Shown here piece by piece: positions 25,601 through 37,913 of a stretch of 64,000 nucleotides of DNA. The stretch comes from Lingula anatina (taxonomy: Eukaryota > Animalia > Brachiopoda), in contig CM120646.1 in the NCBI GenBank assembly GCA_051362555.1, positions 5,270,001 to 5,334,000 of the forward strand, read 5' to 3'. Numbering within the stretch: the first letter of the stretch is position 1; each line of letters opens with the position of its first letter. A model generated the notes under the pieces. It ran no database searches. It saw only the letters and a list, made by a program, of their open reading frames with translations, and had not been told where the DNA came from. A program made the position numbers and the translations under genes.

Positions 25601-28600
25601 CAGCTTTTAAGTAGTCTTTTTAAATTCTTCCAGGTTCACAAGGTCAAATGTCAGTATCCCAAGGTCAGATGCCAGTATCCCAAGGTCAGATGCCAGGCCC
25701 CCAAGGTCAGATGCCAGGCCCTCAAGGTCAGATATCAGGTCCTCAAGGACAGATGCCTGGTCCTCAAGGACAGATGCCTGGTCCTCAAGGACAGATGCCT
25801 GGTCCTCAAGGACAGATGCCTGGTCCTCAAGGTCAAATACCTGGTCCTCAAGGTCAAATGCCAGGTCCTCAAGGCCAGATGCAAAGGCCTCAAGGTCAAA
25901 TGCCAATACCTCAGGGTCAGATGCCAGGTCAGATATCCGGCATGCCTAGGCCCCCACCCCCAGGGTATCCAGGTGCTCAGTTTGGCCCACGTGGACCCCA
26001 GGGAGAGGGGGGCTGGCAGGAACAAATGATGAGACCACCACACCCTGGACAAATAAGACCAGGTGAGTAGCCTCTACAGTTGATTATATATTTCAAGTTA
26101 TATATCCCAGCTTGTAGAAAATTACATTTCTTTTTGTCTATTCATCTACTAAGAAAAATGGAATATTATAAACAAGCCAGCCTTATAGGCTCAGTTTTTT
26201 GCCATGGTAATTATTTAGGTTATAGCTTATTGTATATAAGAATGATGTGACTAGAAATTTGCACCTTCCATCTTGCAAGAAATCTAGATGATGGCACTTT
26301 TTCAAATGGGATTAATCAATTTATTTTGTACAATTCAAGGTAGATAGCTAATTGATGTAAAGAAGTAAGGCATTAAATAAGATAACTTTTATATTACTTT
26401 TATTTGTATTGATTTTGTTATTAATACTATTATTTCATTTATGTAATTTTGATGTGGATTTGTGTGTTCCAGATATGGAAGGTTTTGGCCCCAGGGGTCC
26501 CCAGGGGGAGGTGATGAGAGGTCCAGGTCCTGAGATGATGAGACCAGGGTACCCAGGTCAGTGGAGGATGACACCCCCTGGAATGCAGGGACCCATGCCA
26601 CCCCATGGTGGACCCTATCCACAGGGACAGTATCCCCCAGGGTTTAACCCCAGACACCCGGGACAGCCCCCATGGGAGTTCCATCCTCAACATGTAAGTT
26701 GTGTTGGTACAGTGTTGTAGGAGAGTATTTTTTAACTCTCGTGGTATTATAGATTTTTCCTCCATAAAATTGAATTCTGTAGACACTGAAGGGAGTTCAC
26801 TGTAAAGCTGTGCTTTGCATTGTGTTTTCTAAAGACAGTTTCGATTTCGCTAAAAAAAATAATTAGCATAATGTACATCTATATTTTTCTATCATTTCTC
26901 ATATAATAGTCACCCTAAATGAATGAAATTTGTTATCTAGATGACGCCAGCTGAACAACACAGGACACCATATTTGAAGATGTTTCAGGAGAGACTGAGG
27001 CAAACACAGTTACAAGCTGCCCAACAGCAACAACAATTACAGCAGCAGCAACAACAACAACAGCAACAACAACAACAACAGCAACAGCAGCAACAACAAG
27101 GAACTCCTGGGACACCCCCTCACACCTCGGGGAATCCTCTAGACCCCTATGACCACCTGGTGCGGCAGAAGATGCAGGGAACACCCCCTGCAGTAGGTGA
27201 AGCAAGGGTACCACCACACCCGCCTTCTAGACCCTCAAGTCAGCAGGCTTCACCCAGGGGGACACCCTACTCTACACCTCCTACAACTCCTCACCCGGGT
27301 CAGTCTACACCATCTGCCAATCACGGACAGCAAGGTCAAAGTCTGCAAAGTCAAGGACAGTCAGGTCAAGGTCAGGCAAGTCAAGGTCAGGCTTTACAAG
27401 ATCAAGATCAGATGACGCAAGGCCAGAGTCAGCAAGGGCAGAAAAAAGATGGATTAGATGAGTTACTGCGTAAGTATGAAATCAGTTAATGAAATTTTTG
27501 TTGAAAAGATTTGAAAGACATCAAACAGGAAGTTAACAATCACACTAGAATATAACATTATAATGTTTCAGTTCACAGTCTATTGTAATGCATGGAAAAT
27601 TTAATAATTTTTTTTAACTTTTTCAGCTTCAGATAACCTGAATCTATCAGATTACTCTGACCCTGAGATCCAGAGGGCGCTTTCAGAGGCCCAAGACAAG
27701 ACCATCTTTGATGAACACCTAGGTCTCAGAGAAGATGCAGAGAAATCTGCTGCAGAAGAAACCTCTGGAAGAGTGGGTGCGTTCCAGGCACAGTTCCTGG
27801 AGTTCAGTAAAAAGAACAGTAATAAGGAGAGTGAGGGAAATGTGGAAGATTCTGTAGGGCAAGAAATGCCAGGAGATAAAGCATCACCAGTTGCTGATGT
27901 GGGGAGCCAGGAGCAGATTGCAGGAGGCGAGCCTAGTTCTGCTGATGCAGATAAGCCACCTGAGACTGAACCTTCTGAGGCTTCTGAAAGCACACAGTGC
28001 CCAGACGGACATAACTGTCCTGGAGATGAAAATGGCCCTGCCACTAATTCTGGTGCTGGACAATGCCCAGATGGACATAACTGTCCTGGAGATGAAAATG
28101 TCCCTGCCACTAATTCTGGTGCTGGACAATGCCCAGATGGACATAACTGTCCTGGAGATGAAAATGTCCCTGCCACTAATTCTGGTGCTGGACAATGCCC
28201 AGATGGACATAACTGTCCTGGAGATGAAAATGACCCCACCACTAATTCCGGGGCTGGACAGTGCCCAGATGGACATAACTGTCCTGGAGATGAAAATGAC
28301 CCCACCACTAATTCCGGGGCTGGACAGTGCCCAGACGGACATAACTGTCCTGGAGATGAAAATGACCCCACTACAAATTCTGGTTCTGGACAGTGCCCAG
28401 ATGGACATAACTGTCCGGGTGATGAAAATGACCCCACCACAAATGCTGGGGCTGGACAGTGCCCAGACGGACATAACTGTCCTGGAGATGAAAATGACCC
28501 CACTACAAATTCTGGTTCTGGACAGTGCCCAGATGGACATAACTGTCCTGGAGATGAAAATGACCCCACTACAAATTCTGGTTCTGGACAGTGCCCAGAT

Positions 28601-31600
28601 GGACATAACTGTCCGGGTGATGAAAATGACCCCACCACAAATGCTGGGGCTGGACAGTGTCCAGATGGACATAACTGTCCGGGTGATGAAAATGACCCTA
28701 TCACAAATTCCGGACCTGGACTATGCCCAGACGGACATAACTGTCCTGGAGATGAAAATGACCCCACCACAAATGCCGGGTCTGGACAGTGCCCAGATGG
28801 ACATAACTGTCCTGGAGATGAAAATGACCCCACCAAAAATGTTGGGGCTGGACAGTGCCCAGATGGACATAACTGTCCAGGGGATGAAAATGACCCCACC
28901 ACTAATTCTGGTTCTGGACAGTGCCCAGATGGACATAACTGTCCTGGAGATGAAAATGACCCCACCACAAATTCTGGGGCTGGACAGTGCCCAGATGGAC
29001 ATAACTGTCCTGGAGATGAAAACGACCCCACCACAAATTCTGGGGCTGGACAGTGCCCAGATGGACATAACTGTCCTGGAGATGAAAATGACCCCACCAC
29101 TAGTTCTGGTGCTGGAACATGTCCAGATGGACATAACTGTCCTGGAGATGAAAATGAGCCCACCACTAATTCTGGTTCTGGACAGTGCCCAGACGGACAT
29201 AACTGCCCTGGAGATGAAAATGACCCCACCACAAATGTTGGGGCTGGACAGTGCCCAGATGGACATAACTGTCCTGGTGATGAAAATGACCCTACCACAA
29301 ATTCTGGTTCTGGACAGTGCCCAGATGGACATAACTGTCCTGGAGATGAAAATGACCCCACCACAAATGCCGGGTCTGGACAGTGCCCAGACGGACATAA
29401 TTGTCCAGGGGATGAAAATGAACCCACCACAAATTCTGAGGCTGGACAGTGCCCAGATGGACATAACTGTCCTGGAGATGAAAACGACCCTGTTACTTCT
29501 GCTAGTAGTCAATCCAATACCACTTTAACTTCCACAGTGCCAACTAGTGACCAGCATGTGAGTCCAGGCCCACATGAAGCTGCCCCTTCCTCCACCACAA
29601 CCTCAGCTACAGCTGTAGATGCCCAGTCAGCCACTGGTGTCTCTGATACTGCAATACCTGTGGCTGGTGGTGCAGAACCAATGCCAGGTAGCAATGTACC
29701 AATACCAGCAGCTCCAGTATCCATGCCACAAGCCACAGTTTCCATGCCATGTGTTCCAGAGGTCTCACAGATTGGCCATTCACCTATGTCAGCTTCCTCA
29801 CAAGGTGCCCAATTAACAACACCTTCTGGTGCACCGGTTAATACAGAGGCACAACATGCCATCCAAGCTACCATTGCCAGCACTGTGTCTGCACCTGCAA
29901 GTATGGAAACAACAAGTTCTCCTGCTGTACAGACAACTGCATCTACTACAGAGCATGTCGCTCAGCCTGTGGTGACTAATATGCCACCATCTATACAACC
30001 TGTGGTGCCCTCTATGGGCCAGGTAGAACACCCGGGGGGAAGTGAGGTGAAGGTTGAGCCACAAGGGCCTACAGCAGTCGGTGAACAGGTAGTGCCAGGG
30101 CAAGCTAGTGAGGAACCGGGACAGATAGAACAGAAAGTAGCTTCAGGAACTGAGATACAAAAATATATAAAGACGGAAGCAGACTTGACTGTACCTCAGA
30201 CATGCCAGGAAGAGACTAAACCACCACCAGCCCTAGCTGTTGCCACAACACCTCATTCAGCTGTACCAAATACCACACATCCTCCGATGCCATCTGCTGT
30301 TGCAATCTCTGGATCTGCTGGCACCAAGCCTACAACCAATGACATGATGTCATCTCTAGCTGGCATGATGCCCACCACACCTGGCATGATGCCAGCCTCA
30401 AATACTTCAATGTCCATGGCTACTGGCATGATGCCCTCTTCAGGTGCAGGGCCTACTTCAGTTGGTATGCCAACCAGTGCAGCACAGGGTATGCATATGG
30501 TAACAGCTCACCAACAGTATGGCATGCCACATTCTAGCATGCCACACACCAGTATGCCACATACCACAGCGAGAGCATCTACGCCACAGTCTGCTGCAAG
30601 CCAGCCTCCAACTGTCCAATCCATGCCAGGTATGCCACCACTGTCCATGATGCAGGGGATGCCAAGACCTGGCATGCCAGTGGCAACATCTGGCATGGGA
30701 GCCACTCCTCATCCTGGCATGGGCCCTGGCATGCACTTCCCTCCTGGGATGAGACCCAGAATGATGCCCCCAGGTATGCATCATCAGCCAGGACCCCCCT
30801 TTCCGCCCCACCCAGGACAGTCCAGGATGCCAGGGTCAGGCATGGTGCCTCCAACATCTGGCATGGTACCTCCAACATCTGGCATGGTGCCTCCAGGCCA
30901 GCAGCCACAGTTCAGTCCACAGATGCCAGGTGGCATGGGAGCACCAAGGAAAGACAAGCCAGTGCTGCTTGAAGAACAACCGTTATTACTACAAGAATTG
31001 CTTGAACAGGTGGGTTGATTTATAGTCAATGTCTGTCACTTGTGTATAATTTGTTGTAGTAGGTTGGTGAGCTTTTGTGTATGTGGTTGCATTAAACTTT
31101 TATAATAGAGGCCACAAAGCCGATTTATCAGTAGCATTTAGTTTTGTGTCATGCTGCTTTGCTGATAATAGATTAAAGATAACCAGCCATCTTCCTCTTA
31201 TTGTACAATGAAAGTGTTAAATGTGTTGTATCTATCTTGCACTTTGTTGCTATGATAGAGCTACTTTTGAGTATATTCACACACGTCCTCCATCTTGCTC
31301 TTTCTTGACAGGAGAGACGGGACCAGCAGAAGCAGGCGGAGCAGCAGGTGTTGATACAGAAGAGGGACAGCGGATTGATGTCCGACGCAGAGTTTGAGAA
31401 ACGCAGGGCTGAGTTGGCCATCACTGAGAGCAGGCGGCCCCCCATGCCAGGACCTAGAATGCCAGGCATGGGCATGGAAGGGATGCCAAGGTATGATGGG
31501 TAATTTCTGGCATGGGATTGTGGTGTAACCGCTGCATCATATTCTTTGAAGATTAAAACTGAGAAACATTTAAGGAACTGTTGTGGTTCATTATAAGTCA

Positions 31601-34600
31601 ATGTCATAAAATTATTGATCATTAGTACATACTGCTGTGTTACTGACTGTTAAAGAAGACTGAAAAACAGTCTGGCCTTCAAAGTAAAATGGTGAAGTAA
31701 GAAGGGCAACACAGTAGGCCTGCAGCAAGTTCCATTGCTGGCAGTATCTGCAGCAGAACCTGTTTATCAAACATGAATAAAGATGAGCCACAAGACAAGC
31801 TGCAGGAAGAACACTACCAAGTTTCTAATTGAAGCATTCGTTGTTATTGCAAATATTATAGCTTCTGTAGTTAGTAATCAGAATTGTATTCTTAAGAGTC
31901 TTAATTCAACAAGGTGGCAAGGTGAGCCCAGATTTATAAGAGGTGATCTTTGAATTCATCCTTTTACTGTATTCTTGCAGACCTGGTGATCAGTGGCAGG
32001 GGCCTATGGGTGGCCCCAGGGAGGGGATGTTTCCACCTCCATACCCAGGCCGCCCCCAGGGACCCCATATGATGCCCAGAACCCCCTCACCCTTTGGTAG
32101 CTCACCAGCAGAGGGAGGCATGGGACCCCGCCCACCTCCACCTCAAGGTTTGTGTACAGTTTTATACATACAGTTATTCATAACTAAGTCTGAATAAATT
32201 CCATAGTTCATATTTCTATATTTTGTCAGAAATGCAAGGAAAAGGGGGGGGGGGGGGGGATTTAAAAGTTTTGAACTATGAGTTGGTTTCTGGTCAAAAT
32301 GTGTTCTAGTAAGTAATGAAAATGGTTGATCTTGATTTTGATTAATATTGGCATGATGGGTACAAATTTGTGAGTATAATATTCCTTCATTATTAGAAAT
32401 ATCTGAACAAAAAGTTAATAAAGATATTTATGTGAAGATGTTTCTTGCTTGGAATTTTTGTTCTAATAAAGTTGATGTATCTATATTTATAAAAGAAAAC
32501 ATTCACTATTTTCCTCAAACTTATGTAAGTCCTCTCAAAAGATGTGTCCCAGCAAAGAATTACAAAAATGATTTTGAGAAGCAAATGTTTATCTAGGTCA
32601 TACTTGAATTTTTCCAGGCACAGATCCTCTCAGTGAGGCGGAGAGAAGAGAACAATATAAGTACGAGGAGTGGTTGATGCAGCATGCTCATCTGCTCAGT
32701 ATGCAAGTCAAGTATTTGGAACAGCAGATAGCTAAACAGAGGAAGACAAAGAAATCTATACAAAACAAGCAGAAACAGGTATGCAAATAGTAGCTGATAG
32801 ATGCCATGTTAGATTTGGCTGCCATTTTGGAAAGTTTATTTCCTAGCAGGATGTTTAAACAGAACTGTCTTATTTGAAAATTTTTGGTAAAAAATGGTTG
32901 TAGTTTATTTTAAGTAGTAAAAATCATTATGAGACTTAGCGTGAAAGTATTTCCATATGGAAATGCACAGTTATGTAAACCATAAATACACCATGTCCCA
33001 TTTTCACAAAAAAAAAGTAAACTGAAATCAGGTTCCCTGGCTAAGAACTTAATTACCAAGGTTACATGGTCACATGGGTAAGTCTTACCCTATCAGGAGC
33101 AGTGTAACAGCACTCTCATGGGAATCTTAGTCAACTAAGTTAGGTAACTGACTTTTTTTTTTTTTTTTTTTTTTGTGAATCTGGGGCCAGTATAACCTTG
33201 TTTAAGGTCATTAACCTGAATGGTTTCTCAAGATTTCTAGTACGTCACTAGTAAAATGACTAAAATTGTCCAATAAAAATAATCTTTGAATTACTGCAAT
33301 GTTACATAGAGGAGACTTGATTCAGTATAGCAGACAGGCATTTATCCTAACAGATAATTTTTAATCTTGGGTTTTCACCACTTTTCGGTGTGGCCTGACT
33401 CTGCCTCTGGTAATGGTGGTAGGTGTGAATAATTTAGCCTGAAAAGAAGTAATGCCATATTCTGCTTCTGCATAATTCATTTTGTCAGCTGAATGCAGGC
33501 AGCTGGATTTGATAATTGTTTTGCAAAAACTCTATAGGAAAAATCAAATTAAATGTATAATGTTAGATATACTTGACTTTAAACAAGCAGAAAAGGAATG
33601 AATGAGTTCACTTGACTTGAACAATCTGTGAAGAAGTATTAAAAGTTATTTTGTCAGAAAAATATCAGTTAAATATTTGGAGGTCAAAAAATATTTGTAT
33701 ATGATGTCAGAGAAATTTAATTTTTTTTGTGATTTGTCTAGACAAGCAGTCTCAGTTGTTTATTTTTTCCCCAATAATACTGTTGGGCATGTTAAACTTT
33801 ATTTTATTAGAATCAAGTGTTATTTCTTATCACACTTTTTTGGTCGTGTCTTTAATAAAATATTCCACAGCAAAGCTAAGGCTGTGATCTGTAAAACGTA
33901 ACATTTAACCAATATGCACTAAGTACCCAGAGATAGCTGTGACTAAATTGCAGACATACCAGCATATGAACAAGTAACCTTGATGCTACAACATTAATCT
34001 GTCATCTGACAGTAGTAGGGAGTCCTTTTTGTGTCACAGCTGGTTTGCTTCTTTTACTTATTTATATTCGCTGCCTGTAAAAATTTGATAGAGATTTTAC
34101 TGAGTGGGTAAGTTTACACAAGGATGTGTTTATCACTGGTGTGAATATTTGTTTGTGCATATCTGTGTATATGTGTATGTACATGCATATGTGTGCATAT
34201 TTGTACTTTGTATGGTTGTGGATGTGCATAATCAGTCCAATCCTGGATATTACACCAACAATCTTTCTGAAATCCATTCTTTTGCTTCTAGGCCCGTAAA
34301 GCTGGGGCGGAACTCAAGCCAGAGGAACAGCAGGACCTGGACAAGGCCAACCAGGAGATCACCCTTGTCCAGAAACAGCTTGACCAGGTCAGAAAACAGC
34401 AGAGACAACACCAGACACTCATACAGGAGTACAGGCAGAAGCAGCAGGTGAGCGCAAGGGTCTATGTGCAAAGTGTGGATTAATATTGCAGTTATGACTT
34501 GCACTTTTGAGCAGGCAAATGTACTGGATGAGGTTTCTGTTTCATGTGAAACATTTCAGTATAATTTTTCTTAAGATAGAAATTATCAGAGTATTGCCAT

Positions 34601-37600
34601 TACATAACAAGTATTGAATTCTGTTACATGTACAAATTAAAGGATTTTGTTATTACAGAAATTATTTCTGTCACTGAATGATAATTCGCATTTGTTTCTA
34701 GGAACGGTATGGTGTGAACTGGCCAGCACCCACCCCTCCCACTAAGCCAGGTCAGAATCCCATGGGGGCACAGCAACCTCCCATGATGCAACAACCCAAT
34801 CCCATGATGCAGCTGGGCCCAGGTCACATGATGCAGGGTCAAGGTCACCCTAGACCCATGGTTCCCGGGTCACCCCAGATGCAGCAACCACCTACCACCA
34901 TGATGCCGCAGCCGCCATCTTCCATGATGCCACAGTCCACCACTGGCATGATGCCACAATCAGGAGCTGGCATGATGCCACAGCCGCCAGGAGGTATGAT
35001 GCCACAGTCGCCAAGTGGCATGATGCCACAGCAGCCGCCACCTGGTGGTATGATGCCACAGCCACCACCAAACATACCCCAAGGTCAACACGTCCCTGTA
35101 TCTTCATCTGCTGCAGGACCAGGGATGTCAGTTGCTCCCCCTAGAATGCCAGGTCAAGGCCATTCCGCCAGGCTAACAGCAGCGCAGAGACAGGAGTATG
35201 ACCAGTACATGCAGCAGCGCCTTGGGCTCTTGAATCAGCCTCCCACCCCTACACAGCCGTCATCAGTGCCAGCACCATCTACTGCAGCAGCGTCCCAGCC
35301 TCTCCCAGCAGCACCAGCGGCCGGCACCACCGTGGTACCATCTGTACGTGGGATGCAGGGACACCATGGAGTAAAATACCACTTTATTACAGCATGCTAT
35401 CTAGATCTAAGCTCTGTGTGGTGTGTCCGTCTTTTCTAGCGACTATACTTGTGTGTGGCTTAGTTGACAAGGCAAGGTTCAGATATTCCATAAGCAGACT
35501 GTGCTCTACTTCTGGAGAACCTGCACCTTGGCCGACTAACAAAACTAATGCAAAAAAATGTTTTTTTTTTCATTCTTCATTCTGACTTTTCTTCTCTTTG
35601 GCTGACATTTGATGTGAAACTATGGTGTATTGTAGTTTTTAGGCATGTTTCGTGATTAATGTTTTTTCCCAAAATATATATAACAAAATGGGCCTATGAT
35701 GCTGAACTGAGACACAAAAGTAATGGAAAAAATTTTGACTAAAACTGTGATAAAAATTATGGCAAGAAATGTAGGCTTTTTTTATCATCTCTTAAAACAG
35801 TCAATGCCATAAATTATTCTTTGGGGAAATTTATTAAAAAAAACCTTTAAATTGTCAGCTGTTTTTATCCCACAAAGTGGAAGATCACTTTCCAATTCTT
35901 AGAATAACAAGATTTGAATGGTAGTGACTTTCTCAAAGTGGCAAAATCTATCCATGATGTGTACTGAATAGTTTTCGGCCATATTGTCCTGTGACGTGGA
36001 AGCTATTTTAACATACAAAGCTGCTGTAGTAAAGTTGTATTTCACTACTTTCTTTAACACTTTTGATTTTGTGTTTTACTCAGGGCTTGACAGAGTTCTG
36101 CTGGATGAGTAACTTGTTTTTGAAAATTTAATTGGAAGAGAAACAAGCTTCAGTTTGTTTATTTTTGGCCACCATGACCTTGTAGTTAAGAAAGTTTCCA
36201 ATGTTGAGCCCTGTGTAATGCATATTTATTTATTTTGTGATATTTTTAGGGTTTAAAGACAGCAGAGATAATAACAATTTGTTCACCTTGATATAAGTTA
36301 ACACAAAAATTAACAAAGGTCACTTTTGTATTTGCTTTGTGAAAAAATACTAGGGAAAGTACTAATTTTCTAACCATAACAAGATGAGATGGGTCCACAT
36401 GTGAGTGTGTTATTTATACAAAAGTAGAAACAATGTTAAGAGACTTTAATGATATCAGTTCATTCTGTTAGTGGGAAATACAATAAAATTTAGGTTTTTA
36501 TAAGACCATAATTTGATCCATGCCATATCATACCACAATATGTTTAAGATTGTGGTGTCATTGAATCTTGAGATTGAACAGTTTTTGGCATTTAGACATT
36601 ATTATGTACAGACACAGATGTGTCTGTACATATTGCCATCACCTGCGTCTGTCGTCGCCGTCGCCGTCGCCGTCGCCGATCATGTCGCCGTCGCCGTCGC
36701 CGTGCACTTTCAGCGTTAACACCGTAAGTTGAAGACAGTTTTACTTTTTGGTTTTATATTAACAGAGCTGACTAATATTCATAAAACGCAGGTCAAGTTC
36801 GAAAATTAGCATGATCGGGCCATTATTGAAGAATTTATGCTGTTTTTTCACTTTTTAGCATATATGCAACACTGTTAACACATTTCAAGGAAAACCGATA
36901 GGCTTGTTGTCATGAAACTCACAGGAATAATCAATCTTACTAAAACACAGATCAAGTTCCAAAATCGGCATGATCGGGCCACTATTTTAGTAGTTATGCT
37001 GTTTTTTCACTTTTCAGCATATATGCAACACCGTTAACACATTTCAAGGAAAACCGATAGACCTGTTGTCATGAAACTCACAGGAGTAATCAGTCTTACT
37101 AAAATGCAGGTCAAGTTCGAAAATCAGCATAATCGGGCCATTATTTTATAAGTTATGCTGTTTTTTCACATTTCCTCAGATTCAATTCTTAGGCATGTTA
37201 ACAGTCTCATTATTTAACTAATAAGATTCGTAAAAGTGTTTGTTTGACATTTCCTGCATCTTTACAACATTGTTAGTTGATTATGTAAAAATGATGGTAA
37301 ACTTGTCATCATGTATTGTAAAATAGAGTTTCAAAAATGGAAAAAAAAACTCATATCATTGCAGTTTGTCAGATTCATTCATTCACTATGTTCAGAAACT
37401 CAGAATGGAGGAAATTGGACATTAAACACTGTTCTATTGATATTTTTCCCATCTCATCAATTTTCTAAGTTGATCATATAAAAATGGCAGTAAATTGTTA
37501 ATTTTGTTATATGTTAAAAAATTGTTAAAAATGGAAAAAAAACATTTCAGGACAGTGCTGTCTTGTCTACATTTTGGCATTTTGAAGGTATGACTTTGAA

Positions 37601-37873
37601 GTTCCTTGGGTCTGAAGACCTTTGCTAGGCACATTTTCTGAATATCCATGATACTAATATTTTATTATTAAAAATTGATGGTTATTATCCTGTTAAACAT
37701 TATGTAATATTGCATCAAAATTTGAAGAAACCCCTATTTTTGGCACTGCTCCCATGATGACCATTTAAGGAAAACCTGTCATTACTGTTCTCAAACTTAC
37801 AGGATAGAAACATGGGACATGAATAAAGCTTCAGTGGCCAATGCAGTCTGTTTGGTAAATTTTTCTGGCAGTT

Positions 37874-37913
<40 letters not shown>

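Noticed and set aside
25592-26052. Overlapping ORFs (VLKDRCL and LEDQASV repeats)
   Set aside because: Shadow frames of the 21-bp PQGQMPG repeat.
27995-29491. CRISPR-like appearance (constant core plus variable part)
   Set aside because: The variable parts are homologous to each other rather than unique spacers, the array is coding and eukaryotic, and there are no cas genes.
27652-29528. Long antisense (592, 262, 263 aa) and alternate-frame (545 aa) ORFs over the 66-bp array
   Set aside because: Expected by-product of a stop-free repeat with a period divisible by 3. Variation is synonymous in the KMT2C frame, and only that frame joins flanking exons.
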